64,000 nucleotides of DNA. It comes from Eukaryota sp. TZLM1-RC (taxonomy: Eukaryota; Protista; Metamonada: BaSk clade). Within the stretch, counting starts at the first letter, position 1; every line of letters starts with the position of its first letter. The stretch spans positions 2,274,550-2,338,549 of the forward strand of contig JAUPSS010000004.1 in NCBI GenBank assembly GCA_040285825.1. Direction: 5' to 3'. Below the pieces are notes generated by a model, which saw only the letters and a program-made list of their open reading frames with translations, did no database searches and was not told where the DNA came from. Below are positions 1 to 13,221 of the stretch, piece by piece. The position numbers and the translations under genes are program-made.

Positions 1-586
1 TTAAAAAAAATTCAAATAAAAAGTATATCAAATAATGCTCAAATTCAGGAAATTGTTACTAAAATTGATCAAAAATCATTTCAAAGGTAGACAAAACCTT
101 AAAAATTCCAATGAATTACCTGGTTTAAGCCTTTTTCAATTTTCATTATTGAAATTTAATCAGATGAATTATCATTCAGAATGTGAAAGAACAAAAAATG
201 TTTTGGAAAATCAGATCTAAGTTCATAAATGCTTTCTCTTTTCTTTTTTTTTCAAATACAGCAAACACATATTTTTAACACTAAAACTGAATATTCACCA
301 AAACATCAAGAACATCAATTCCTTTTGAGTGTACGATTTTTTTATTTATTTTACTCTATTTCTAACAATACCTGTGCTTTGGTTATCATTTCTGGAATGG
401 CTTTTGCAAACAGAAAAAACAAGTTTGTTGTACAGGAAGATTAAACTTCATTCCAATCATGCTCTTTCTTTTAAAAAAAGTGAGGACTCCTCGAATAAAT
501 TGATGCACTATACACCAAAGTTTGCAATTAGAAGCAGCAGCAACTGAGACCAGCTGTTATGTGATCAACACCACTAAGTTGAGATA

Positions 587-2542
587 CATCTCCAATTTAG
601 ATTTTAAGACTGCTTTTAATTCTGTATCTCGTTCCTCCATTTTTCCTTTGCTGCGAAAGCATTTTCCTGAAGTTGAACCTTTCTATTCATTTTATGAAAA
701 ATCATCAACAATGTTCTATGAAAACTTTGACCTACTTTCTTCTTCAGGTGTTAAACAAGGCGATCTACTGGGTCCTTTTTTCTTTTGTCTGGCAATTCAT
801 CCATTAATGTGCGAATTAAAAAAATTCCCAGAAATAGATATTGTAGCATATATAAATGACATTTCAGTAATTGCTCCTATTACAATTCTGAAACAAATAG
901 CAACTTTTATTCAACAGAGTTATGAAGATATTGGTCTCTCATTGAATATTTCCAAATGTTTGATTATTGGCCATCAACCAATTGATTTTTTCATTCATGA
1001 TGTCAATGTCCCCTTTATCAATTATGATCAGTCTGGTTTTCGTTCTTTGGGTTGTTATCTCGGAAATATTGAAGAAGTCAGAAGACAACTTTCGACTATG
1101 TTGACTCAATTTGGAAATGAATTAGAATCAATAGAAAATTTAAATATTGAGAAACATTTGAAATTCTTTTTCCTAAAAATTTGTTATTCTGGAAAATTTA
1201 CTCAAATTTTGAGACCAACATCACCATCAACTTCTTTGGAGTTTTGTCGAATTTTTAATGAACAAAGAGCCAAATTTTTAGCAAAATTCTCAGAAATTGA
1301 TGCATCTCAGTTACGAAGCCACATTTTTTGTGGTACCAATTTTGGTGGTGTTGATTTTCTTAAATCAAGCTACCTTTGTAAAGCTGCCCTTATTGAAGGT
1401 GGTAAAAATTTTATTTATGAATTTGTGAGTCGTTTTCCTGAAAAAATTGATCTCATTGAAAATTGTGTCAGCTCTTATCTTATTTCTTTGCAACAGGAAA
1501 TTGAAACTCTTTCACCCAATATTTGAGCTAAATGTTTCCCCTATGATATTGTGGAACTTCCTTCAAGAAGCTTGCTCTCCTTACCACTGAGTTTTGCAAA
1601 ATTGCAGAAAAAAATCTTGAAAGTTTTAGAAAACTTGGATTATATTGTACGTCTTAGCTTGGCTAAGGAAAAAAATCCCGTTTTTGCAAACTTTTTGATT
1701 GATCTTGAAGACAGTTGTTCAAGTTGCCTAATCTCCCAAATTCCCAACATTTATGCCTTCTACTTAATGATCACCAATGGACCACTGCAATGAGAATGAG
1801 ATGTTTTCTATGGCCATGTTCATTACCAAATGATTAAATTTGTCGCTGCAAGAGTGTTGTTACGCTTTCCCATATTTTAAACTGTAAGTATTTTATAACT
1901 CATCGCTCAATTGTTCATGACTCAGTTCGTGATCAATTATATGCCATGTGCAAAAGTTTCAATATAGAGGCATTTATTGAGCCACTAGTACGTAAGCTGT
2001 CTTCAGATCAAACTGATGATTCCTTTGGTAAAAGAAGGGCAGATTTAGTAGCTCCAGGGATCGATGGTGTTCTCAATGTTGTAGATGTTGTCTCAGTTGA
2101 TGTTTGCAAAAATTCTGCTGCTCGTTTAGTGTATTCCGCTGATTCGCCGTTATCTAACGCCGAAAAACAGAAGATAAAAAAATATGAAGAACCTTTGGCA
2201 CAGTTAGGTAGAGTGGAACATGTGAAATATCAGTTTGTGCCGTTTGCAATTTCTCTTTTTGGCAATATTGGACCTTCAGAGTTGCACTTTTTGGAAAATT
2301 TTAAAAAAGTGTTACTGAATAGGTCTGGTAAAACAATGAACTCCACTTTCTGGTTAAATAGAATTGTTTTTTTGCATTTTCAAGTCTATTCCTACAATGA
2401 TTTCAAGGGCACTTTTAGCTATTGGTGTAGAATATGAACGTAATGCTGTGAGTAGGTTCAGTAATAGTGACGCTTGTTTGGAGGATATTGAATTCTAGAT
2501 GGTTATTTTTATCTCAATAAATATTCCAGTTTTTTAAAAAAA
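587..2542 (+). mobile_element. 5'-truncated CRE-like non-LTR retrotransposon (family R-A), RT + RLE, degenerate
   Basis: DFKTAFNS, GVKQGDLLGP and YIND RT motifs (ORF 522-1526); RADL..DVVSVD..AEKQKIKKY RLE motif (1946-2437); stops/frameshifts; A tail at 2536-2544; 11-bp TSD AAGTTGAGATA at 576-586 and 2543-2553. Confidence 0.9.
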
Positions 2543-3301
2543 AAGTTGAGATAACAATCAGCTGTATTAGCTTTTGCTCTTTTCAGCAAAATGAAATGGG
2601 GTTTTACTTCTCTTTGGTGAAATCTACTCCTGTTAACTACAAACAGCAACAGTGACTACATCTACAACCTTAGCCACACCATCGGAGTCCGAAGTAATCA
2701 TTACAACGTTTTCTCAGATGTATACCCTACTAATGCAAAAAGATATTTTCGGATGGAAAAATTCTTTGATTGTAGCAGATTGTATTACAACGATATGCAG
2801 AGGCATGAGTAGTAGTGCATGAAATTCATAAATTTTGAATTTCAATTGGTCTTTCATTTAACCATCAGTTCAAAATCTGCAAGAAAGTGTAAAGGTTGGG
2901 AGCAAACAAAGCAAATAGAGAAATTACAAACGGATGCAGATTTTCATTTTTATTTTTTTATTTTTATTTTTATTTTTTTATTTTTATTTATTTATTTATT
3001 AAAAAAATAACAAAACATAACAAAACAAACTAAAACACATAAGAAACAAAATTCTCCAAACCAACTCTTGATGAATCCTGATACAGCTTGGACATCATTA
3101 AACTCAAGTACTTGGGAACACTTCTGTACAAAGCGAAAATGATGCGATTCTTCCATAAATTCCCTGCAAAATTCTTACCACTTGAACGACATAAATTACC
3201 AAAATCATTGATGAAATTCAAGGCGGATTGTCCAATGTTGCCAAAAATCGAAAAGGCAAAAGGAACAAACGAAAACTTTGAGTAAAGATTCTTATTTAAA
3301 T

Positions 3302-3554
3302 GTACCTTATTAATTTATTGAATTTGCACACTTGATTAAATTAAATCATAACTAATGGGACGACTATCATTAAACCAAGATTTCCTCTACAAAATCTTGA
3401 TTTGCTTGCTGTCTAGCTAAAGCTTCTCTAATTCGATTGAAAAACCGCGGTAATCTATTAATAATGGCAAATTGAATCCGTGAACGCCATAAAAAAATAT
3501 CAAATCTTTTCATTGTTTTTTCTTTCACCATTTTTTGGAAGTCATCCAAAAAAG
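3302..3554 (-). mobile_element. Short 3' fragment of retrotransposon family R-B nested in the first array unit
   Basis: Reverse complement matches the 3' ends at 20210-20450 and 61190-61435; 13-bp TSD TTCTTATTTAAAT at 3289-3301 and 3555-3567. Confidence 0.9.
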
Positions 3555-6500
3555 TTCTTATTTAAATCAATTAATATCTCAGTATATTTATCTCTCTTAC
3601 GATCTTCAGCCTTGTTTAAATGACCATTAGTACTAAGTAAAACATCATCGCGATAAATAAAAGCAAAGGGATCAACTGTAGTAAAATCAACAACAACTTG
3701 AGAGGAATCCGCAAAAGGAGCAATTAAATCACCTCGACGTGAATTAAACAGATTATTATCGCTATAATGCTTCAATAACGGTTCTACTTTGCAGCTAAAA
3801 TTGTAACACTTGAACATTTCATATGTCACATAACGAACGGCATTATGAAGAACTGACCGATATTGAAGGAATTTCTTACAACTCAATATGACGGAAATTG
3901 GCAGTTGGTTTTTCGTTACAAATACAAACATAATTATCCAAAAGACCACTTGGATACAGCCCCAATCTCAACCGCATGTTTTGTTTCCAAGCTTCATTTG
4001 TTAAGTGAAGACCAAATGGCCTTGGTTGCTGAGATATTAAACTAGTGCAGTTCTGGATGTCTGATAAAAAGGCAGCAAAGACGGGATTATTAATCTTAGT
4101 CACACTAAGTCGTTTAGAAAAATCCAGGTCTTCAAAACCAATTAGAACAGACTGCTGTAATTTCACAACAGCAAGATGAAGATTGGTAAAAGATCTCGAA
4201 TGTACAGAAGGCAAACTTCAAGGAAAACATTTATTCCACATATCAACAGGTAGTTCCTGTACCATGTTTTTACTTTTATTTTTATTTAAATTTTTTATTT
4301 ATTTATTTATTTTCTACGAAGAATCAAATAAAAACAAAACAAACTAAAACACATAAGAAACTAAATTCTCCACGCCAACTCTTGATGAATCCTTATAAAG
4401 TTTGTACATCATTAAACTCAAGTACTTGGGAACACTTCTGTGCAAAGCGAAAGTGATGCGATTCTTCCATAAATTCACTGCAAAATTCTTACCACTTGAA
4501 CGACATAAATTACCAAAATCATTGATGAAATTCAAGGCGGATTGTCCAATCTTGCCAAAAATCGAAAAGGCAAAAGGAACAACAAACGAAAACTTCGAGT
4601 AAAGATTCTTATTTAAATCATTTAATATCTCAGTATATTTATCTCTTTTACGATCTTCAGCCTTGTTTAAATGACCATTAGCACTAAGTAAAACATCATC
4701 ACGATAAATAAAAGCAAAGGGATCAACTGTAGTAAAATCAACAACAACTTGAGAGGAATCCGCAAAAGGAGCAATTAAATCACCTCGACGTGAATTAAAC
4801 AGATTATTATCGCTATAATGCTTCAACAACGGTTCTACTTTGCAACTAAAATTGTAACACTTGAACATTTCATATGTCACATAACGAACGGCATTATGAA
4901 GAACTGACCGATATTGAAGGAATTTCTTACAACTCAATATGACGGAAATTGGCAGTTGGTTTTTCGTTACAAATACAAACAGAATTATCCAAAAGACCAC
5001 TTGGATACAGCCCCAATCTCAACCGCATGTTTTGTTTCCAAGCTTCATTTGTTAAGTGAAGACCAAATGGCCTTGGTTGCTGAGATATTAAACTAGTGCA
5101 GTTCTGGATATCTGATAAAAAGGCAGCAAAGACGGGATTATTAATCTTAGTCACACTAAGTCGTTTAGAAAAATCCAGGTCTTCAAAACCAATTAGAACA
5201 GACTGCTGTAATTTCACAACAGCAAGATGAAGATTGGTAAAAGATCTCGAATGTACAGAAGGCAAACTTCAAGGAAAACACTTATTCCACATATCAACAG
5301 GTAGTTCCTGCACCATGTTTTTACTTTTATTTTTATTTAAATTTTTTATTTATTTATTTATTTTCTACGAGGAATCAAATAAAAACAAAACAAACTAAAA
5401 CACATAAGAAACTAAATTCTCCACGCCAACTCTTGATGAATCCTTATAAAGTTTGTACATCATTAAACTCAAGTACTTGGGAACACTTCTGTGCAAAGCG
5501 AAAGTGATTTGATTCTTCCATAAATTCCCTGCAAAATTCTTACCACTTGAACGACATAAATTACCAAAATCATTGATGAAATTCAAGGCGGATTGTCCAA
5601 TGTTGCCAAAAATCGAAAAGGCAAAAGGAACAAACGAAAACTTCGAGTAAAGATTCTTATTTAAATCAATTAACATCTCAGTATATTTATCTCTCTTACG
5701 ATTTTCAGCCTTGTTTAAATGACCATTAGTACTAAGTAAAACATCATCGCGATAAACAAAAGCAAAGGGATCAACTGTAGTAAAATCAACAACAACTTGA
5801 GAGGAATCCGCAAAAGGAGCAATTAAATCACCTCGACGTGAATTAAACAGATTATTATCGCTATAATGCTTCAACAACGGTTCTACTTTGCAACTAAAAT
5901 TGTAACACTTGAACATTTCATATGTCACATAACGAACGGCATTATGAAGAACTGACCGATATTGAAGGAATTTCTTACAACTCAATATGAGGGAAATTGG
6001 CAGTTGGTTTTTCGTTACAAATACAAACAGAATTATCCAAAAGACCACTTGGATACAGCCCCAATCTCAACCGCATGTTTTGTTTCCAAGCTTCATTTGT
6101 TAAGTGAAGACCAAATGGCCTTGGTTGCTGAGATATTAAACTAGTGCAGTTCTGGATGTCTGATAAAAAGGCAGCAAAGACGGGATTATTAATCTTAGTC
6201 ACACTAAGTCGTTTAGAAAAATCCAGGTCTTCAAAACCAATTAGAACAGACTGCTGTAATTTCACAACAGCAAGATGAAGATTGGTAAAAGATCTCGAAT
6301 GTACAGAAGGCAAACTTCAAGGAAAACATTTATTCCACATATCAACAGGTAGTTCCTGTACCATGTTTTTACTTTTATTTTTATTTAAATTTTTTATTTA
6401 TTTATTTATTTTCTACGAAGAATCAAATAAAAACAAAACAAACTAAAACACATAAGAAACTAAATTCTCCACGCCAACTCTTGATGAATCCTTATAAAGT

Positions 6501-9500
6501 TTGGACATCATTAAACTCAAGTACTTGGGAACACTTCTGTACAAAGCGAAAATGATACGATTCTTCCATAAATTCCCTGCAAAATTCTTACCACTTGAAC
6601 GACATAAATTACCAAAATCATTGATAAAATTCAAGGCGGACTGTCCAATGTTGCCAAAAATCGAAAAGGCAAAAGGAACAAACGAAAACTTCGAGTAAAG
6701 ATTCTTATTTAAATCATTTAATATCTCAGTATATTTATCTCTTTTACGATCTTCAGCCTTGTTTAAATGACCATTAGCACTAAGTAAAACATCATCACGA
6801 TAAATAAAAGCAAAGGGATCAACTGTAGTAAAATCAACAACAACTTGAGAGGAATCCGCAAAAGGAGCAATTAAATCACCTCGACGTGAATTAAACAGAT
6901 TATTATCGCTATAATGCTTCAACAACGGTTCTACTTTGCAACTAAAATTGTAACACTTGAACATTTCATATGTCACATAACGAACGGCATTATGAAGAAC
7001 TGACCGATATTGAAGGAATTTCTTACATCTCAATATGACGGAAATTGGCAGTTGGTTTTTCGTTACAAATACAAACAGAATTATCCAAAAGACCACTTGG
7101 ATACAGCCTCAATCTCAACCGCATGTTTTGTTTCCAAGCTTCATTTGTTAAGTGAAGACCAAATGGCCTTGGTTGCTGAGATATTAAACTAGTGCAGTTC
7201 TGGATATCTGATAAAAAGGCAGCAAAGACGGGATTATTAATCTTAGTCACACTAAGTTGTTTAGAAAAATCCAGGTCTTCAAAACCAATTAGAACAGACT
7301 GCTGTAATTTCACAACAGCAAGATGAAGATTGGTAAAAGATCTCGAATGTACAGAAGGCAAACTTCAAGGAAAACACTTATTCCACATATCAACAGGTAG
7401 TTCCTGCACCATGTTTTTACTTTTATTTTTATTTAAATTTTTTATTTATTTATTTATTTTCTACGAAGAATCAAATAAAAACAAAACAAACTAAAACACA
7501 TAAGAAACTAAATTCTCCACGCCAACTCTTGATGAATCCTTATAAAGTTTGTACATCATTAAACTCAAGTACTTGGGAACACTTCTGTGCAAAGCGAAAG
7601 TGATGCGATTCTTCCATAAATTCCCTGCAAAATTCTTACCACTTGAACGACATAAATTACCAAAATCATTGATGAAATTCAAGGCGGATTGTCCAATGTT
7701 GCCAAAAATCGAAAAGGCAAAAGGAACAAACGAAAACTTCGAGTAAAGATTCTTATTTAAATCAATTAATATCTCAGTATATTTATCTCTCTTACGATTT
7801 TCAGCCTTGTTTAAATGACCATTAGTACTAAGTAAAACATCATCGCGATAAACAAAAGCAAAGGGATCAACTGTAGTGAAATCAACAACAACTTGAGAGG
7901 AATCCACAAAAGGAGCAATTAAATCGCCTCGACGTGAATTAAACAGATTATTATCGCTATAATGCTTCAACAACGGTTCTACTTTGCAACTAAAATTGTA
8001 ACACTTGAACATTTCATATGTCACATAACGAACGGCATTATGAAGAACTGACCGATATTGAAGGAATTTCTTACAACTCAATATGACGGAAATTGGCAGT
8101 TGGTTTTTCGTTACAAATACAAACAGAATTATCCAAAAGACCACTTGGATACAGCCCCAATCTCAACCGCATGTTTTGTTTCCAAGCTTCATTTGTTAAG
8201 TGAAGACCAAATGGCCTTGGTTGCTGAGATATTAAACTAGTGCAGTTCTGGATGTCTGATAAAAAGGCAGCAAAGACGGGATTATTAATCTTAGTCACAC
8301 TAAGTCGTTTAGAAAAATCCAGGTCTTCAAAACCAATTAGAACAGACTGCTGTAATTTCACAACAGCAAGATGAAGATTGGTAAAAGATCTCGAATGTAC
8401 AGAAGGCAAACTTCAAGGAAAACATTTATTCCACATATCAACAGGTAGTTCCTGTACCATGTTTTTACTTTTATTTTTATTTAAATTTTTTATTTATTTA
8501 TTTATTTTCTACGAAGAATCAAATAAAAACAAAACAAACTAAAACACATAAGAAACTAAATTCTCCACGCCAACTCTTGATGAATCCTTATAAAGTTTGT
8601 ACATCATTAAACTCAAGTACTTGGGAACACTTCTGCACAAAGCGAAAATGATGCGATTCTTCCATAAATTCCCTGCAAAATTCTTACCACTTGAACGACA
8701 TAAATTACCAAAATCATTGATAAAATTCAAGGCGGACTGTCCAACGTTGCCAAAAATCGAAAAGGCAAAAGGAACAAACGAAAACTTCGAGTAAAGATTC
8801 TTATTTAAATCATTTAATATCTCAGTATATTTATCTCTTTTACGATCTTCAGCCTTGTTTAAATGACCATTAGCACTAAGTAAAACATCATCACGATAAA
8901 TAAAAGCAAAGGGATCAACTGTAGTAAAATCAACAACAACTTGAGAGGAATCCGCAAAAGGAGCAATTAAATCACCTCGACGTGAATTAAACAGATTATT
9001 ATCGCTATAATGCTTCAACAACGGTTCTACTTTGCAACTAAAATTGTAACACTTGAACATTTCATATGTCACATAACGAACGGCATTATGAAGAACTGAC
9101 CGATATTGAAGGAATTTCTTACAACTCAATATGACGGAAATTGGCAGTTGGTTTTTCGTTACAAATACAAACAGAATTATCCAAAAGACCACTTGGATAC
9201 AGCCCCAATCTCAACCGCATGTTTTGTTTCCAAGCTTCATTTGTTAAGTGAAGACCAAATGGCCTTGGTTGCTGAGATATTAAACTAGTGCAGTTCTGGA
9301 TATCTGATAAAAAGGCAGCAAAGACGGGATTATTAATCTTAGTCACACTAAGTCGTTTAGAAAAATCCAGGTCTTCAAAACCAATTAGAACAGACTGCTG
9401 TAATTTCACAACAGCAAGATGAAGATTGGTAAAAGATCTCGAATGTACAGAAGGCAAACTTCAAGGAAAACACTTATTCCACATATCAACAGGTAGTTCC

Positions 9501-10634
9501 TGCACCATGTTTTTACTTTTATTTTTATTTAAATTTTTTATTTATTTATTTATTTTCTACGAAGAATCAAATAAAAACAAAACAAACTAAAACACATAAG
9601 AAACTAAATTCTCCACGCCAACTCTTGATGAATCCTTATAAAGTTTGTACATCATTAAACTCAAGTACTTGGGAACACTTCTGTGCAAAGCGAAAGTGAT
9701 TTGATTCTTCCATAAATTCCCTGCAAAATTCTTACCACTTGAACGACATAAATTACCAAAATCATTGATGAAATTCAAGGCGGATTGTCCAATGTTGCCA
9801 AAAATCGAAAAGGCAAAAGGAACAAACGAAAACTTCGAGTAAAGATTCTTATTTAAATCAATTAATATCTCAGTATATTTATCTCTCTTACGATTTTCAG
9901 CCTTGTTTAAATGACCATTAGTACTAAGTAAAACATCATCGCGATAAACAAAAGCAAAGGGATCAACTGTAGTAAAATCAACAACAACTTGAGAGGAATC
10001 CGCAAAAGGAGCAATTAAATCACCTCGACGTGAATTAAACAGATTATTATCGCTATAATGCTTCAACAACGGTTCTACTTTGCAACTAAAATTGTAACAC
10101 TTGAACATTTCATATGTCACATAACGAACGGCATTATGAAGAACTGACCGATATTGAAGGAATTTCTTACAACTCAATATGACGGAAATTGGCAGTTGGT
10201 TTTTCGTTACAAATACAAACAGAATTATCCAAAAGACCACTTGGATACAGCCCCAATCTCAACCGCATGTTTTGTTTCCAAGCTTCATTTGTTAAGTGAA
10301 GACCAAATGGCCTTGGTTGCTGAGATATTAAACTAGTGCAGTTCTGGATGTCTGATAAAAAGGCAGCAAAGACGGGATTATTAATCTTAGTCACACTAAG
10401 TCGTTTAGAAAAATCCAGGTCTTCAAAACCAATTAGAACAGACTGCTGTAATTTCACAACAGCAAGATGAAGATTGGTAAAAGATCTCGAATGTACAGAA
10501 GGCAAACTTCAAGGAAAACATTTATTCCACATATCAACAGGTAGTTCCTGTACCATGTTTTTACTTTTATTTTTATTTAAATTTTTTATTTATTTATTTA
10601 TTTTCTACGAAGAATCAAATAAAAACAAAACAAA

Positions 10635-11606
10635 CTAAAACACATAAGAAACTAAATTCTCCACGCCAACTCTTGATGAATCCTTATAAAGTTTGGACAT
10701 CATTAAACTCAAGTACTTGGGAACACTTCTGTACAAAGCGAAAATGATACGATTCTTCCATAAATTCCCTGCAAAATTCTTACCACTTGAACGACATAAA
10801 TTACCAAAATCATTGATAAAATTCAAGGCGGACTGTCCAATGTTGCCAAAAATCGAAAAGGCAAAAGGAACAAACGAAAACTTCGAGTAAAGATTCTTAT
10901 TTAAATCATTTAATATCTCAGTATATTTATCTCTCTTACGATCTTCAGCCTTGTTTAAATGACCATTAGTACTAAGTAAAACATCATCACGATAAACAAA
11001 AGCAAAGGGATCAACTGTAGTGAAATCAACAACAACTTGAGAGGAATCCACAAAAGGAGCAATTAAATCACCTCGACGTGAATTAAACAGATTATTATCA
11101 CTATAATGCTTCAACAACGGTTCTACTTTGCAACTAAAATTGTAACACTTGAACATCTCATATGTCACATCACGAACGGCATTATGAAGAACTGACCGAT
11201 ATTGAAGGAATTTCTTACAACTAACAATATGACGGAAATTGGCAGTAGGTTTTTCGTTACAAATACAAACAGAATTATCCAAAAGACCACTTGGATACAG
11301 CCCCAATCTCAACCGCATGTTTTGTTTCCAAGCTTCATTTGTTAAGTGAAGACCAAATGGCCTTGGTTGCTGAGATATTAAACTAGTGCAGTTCTGAATG
11401 TCTGATAAAAAGGCAGCAAAGACGGGATTATTAATCTTAGTCACACTAAGTCGTTTAGAAAAATCCAGGTCTTCAAAACCAATTAGAACAGACTTCTGTA
11501 ATTTCACAACAGCAAGATGAAGATTGGTAAAAGATCTCGAAGGTACAGAAGGCAAACTTGAAGGAAAACACTTATTCCACATATCAACAGGTAGTTCCTG
11601 CACCAT
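10635..11606 (-). CDS. Intact stand-alone RLE (CCHC Zn motif + PD-(D/E)xK-type) ORF, 323 aa, retrotransposon-derived
   Basis: CICN..HIVSC, HNAVRD, RGDL, DFT, AEDRKRDKY; the only full-length array unit without the TGA and the 2-bp deletion. Confidence 0.75.
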   Translation of the reverse strand: MVQELPVDMWNKCFPSSLPSVPSRSFTNLHLAVVKLQKSVLIGFEDLDFSKRLSVTKINNPVFAAFLSDIQNCTSLISQQPRPFGLHLTNEAWKQNMRLRLGLYPSGLLDNSVCICNEKPTANFRHIVSCKKFLQYRSVLHNAVRDVTYEMFKCYNFSCKVEPLLKHYSDNNLFNSRRGDLIAPFVDSSQVVVDFTTVDPFAFVYRDDVLLSTNGHLNKAEDRKRDKYTEILNDLNKNLYSKFSFVPFAFSIFGNIGQSALNFINDFGNLCRSSGKNFAGNLWKNRIIFALYRSVPKYLSLMMSKLYKDSSRVGVENLVSYVF

Positions 11607-12217
11607 GTTTTTACTTTTATTTTTATTTAAATTTTTTATTTATTTATTTATTTTCTACGAAGAATCAAATAAAAACAAAACAAACTAAAACACATAAGAA
11701 ACTAAATTCTCCACGCCAACTCTTGATGAATCCTTATAAAGTTTGTACATCATTAAACTCAAGTACTTGGGAACACTTCTGTGCAAAGCGAAAGTGATGC
11801 GATTCTTCCATAAATTCCCTGCAAAATTCTTACCACTTGAACGACATAAATTACCAAAATCATTGATGAAATTCAAGGCGGATTGTCCAATGTTGCCAAA
11901 AATCGAAAAGGCAAAAGGAACAAACGAAAACTTCGAGTAAAGATTCTTATTTAAATCAATTAATATCTCAGTATATTTATCTCTCTTACGATTTTCAGCC
12001 TTGTTTAAATGACCATTAGTACTAAGTAAAACATCATCGCGATAAACAAAAGCAAAGGGATCAACTGTAGTGAAATCAACAACAACTTGAGAGGAATCCA
12101 CAAAAGGAGCAATTAAATCGCCTCGACGTGAATTAAACAGATTATCATCACTATAATGCTTCAACAAAGGTTCTACTTTGCAACTATATTATATTATTTT
12201 TATTTATATTTCTTTAA

Positions 12218-13102
12218 ATGACTGAACGATCCTCTTGGACCCAAAACGGTATCTTCTCGCCTACTCCAAACTCTTCTGGATCAGCAAGACTTGCTTTAAC
12301 TGTTGATCCTCCATCCACAGATAGTACTCCACCCGTCACCCCACAACTCCACAGACCAACTTGGCAACCCTCACCTCGCTCACATCTCCCAAAACACAAA
12401 CCTCCATGCTCACCACGACGATCTGTTAAACCTAGAACCATTCGCTCCAAAGCAACCTCTACTTGCACCACATCTCCTAATTTGTCATCCTTCATCTCTT
12501 CTGTCTATAGTTCTTCTCCCAGCGATTCATCCTCATTACACACCCTTGACATTCAACGCTGTACTTCTGCTTCGCTCACGGCATCTCTATCCAAGCTAGA
12601 GACTGTTTCTGAGGAGGTTTACGGCAATTTATTAGATGTGGCCTCTGAATTTGACAAGATTCAGCAGGGAGGAAGACTTGTTTATCAGTTTGTAGAAGTG
12701 AAAAGTTTGGCAGACAGTGGAGCATCCCATCATTGCAGTATTTTCATTTCAAAATATTTGACAATTTTTAATGAATTCAAAGAATTGATTTCTTTTGATG
12801 AAGCCATACCCCATGTTATTCCGACAGAAGGTACAGAGAGTTTAATGATTACGCCTAATTTAAGTCAATCTGATACTGTTTTTATTAATATAATTAAGGA
12901 AATGCAAGAATGGTTTAGTCTTTATTTAATCTATTCTCTTAAAAACACCGGTGAGTATTTATCAGGGTTTAACAAAACAAAGAATATAATAAATCAATTA
13001 GGAGGATTAAAAAAGTGGGTGGAGAATAGTCGACAATTTAGTAATATTTCTATTAATAAAATAATAGAATGTATTGAGGAAATAGAATCAAGAATAGTGT
13101 GA
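12218..13102 (+). CDS. Hypothetical protein, Ser/Pro-rich N-terminus
   Basis: 294-aa ATG ORF with host-like composition; no recognised domain. Confidence 0.7.
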   Translation: MTERSSWTQNGIFSPTPNSSGSARLALTVDPPSTDSTPPVTPQLHRPTWQPSPRSHLPKHKPPCSPRRSVKPRTIRSKATSTCTTSPNLSSFISSVYSSSPSDSSSLHTLDIQRCTSASLTASLSKLETVSEEVYGNLLDVASEFDKIQQGGRLVYQFVEVKSLADSGASHHCSIFISKYLTIFNEFKELISFDEAIPHVIPTEGTESLMITPNLSQSDTVFINIIKEMQEWFSLYLIYSLKNTGEYLSGFNKTKNIINQLGGLKKWVENSRQFSNISINKIIECIEEIESRIV

Positions 13103-13221
13103 TTCAATTGATTGAATTGATTGAAAATTGATTGATTGAAGATTATTTGAAAGAGAAATTTACTCAAGTTGTATAACTATTGCTGCTTATTATTAAATTT
13201 TTTTGAAATATTCATTATTGG

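Larger units (their letters stand above)
2947..12187 (-). repeat. Head-to-tail tandem array (~8.6 units of ~1048 bp) of the RLE-encoding 3' end plus A-rich tail of CRE-like family R-X
   Basis: Unit ATG/junctions at 4265, 5316, 6364, 7412, 8460, 9508, 10556 and 11606; stops at 3030, 4344, 5395, 6443, 7491, 8539, 9587, 10635 and 11685; near-identical ORFs with RGDL..DFT..AE.RKRDKY. Confidence 0.95.

Noticed and set aside
3088-11940. Repeated 60-66 aa plus-strand ORFs (M.IIKLKYLG.., MKEFLT..)
   Set aside because: Antisense shadows of the RLE coding sequence, repeated only because of the array
2947-12187. CRISPR-like or gene-cassette interpretation of the array
   Set aside because: Units are ~1 kb near-identical retroelement fragments with no unique spacers
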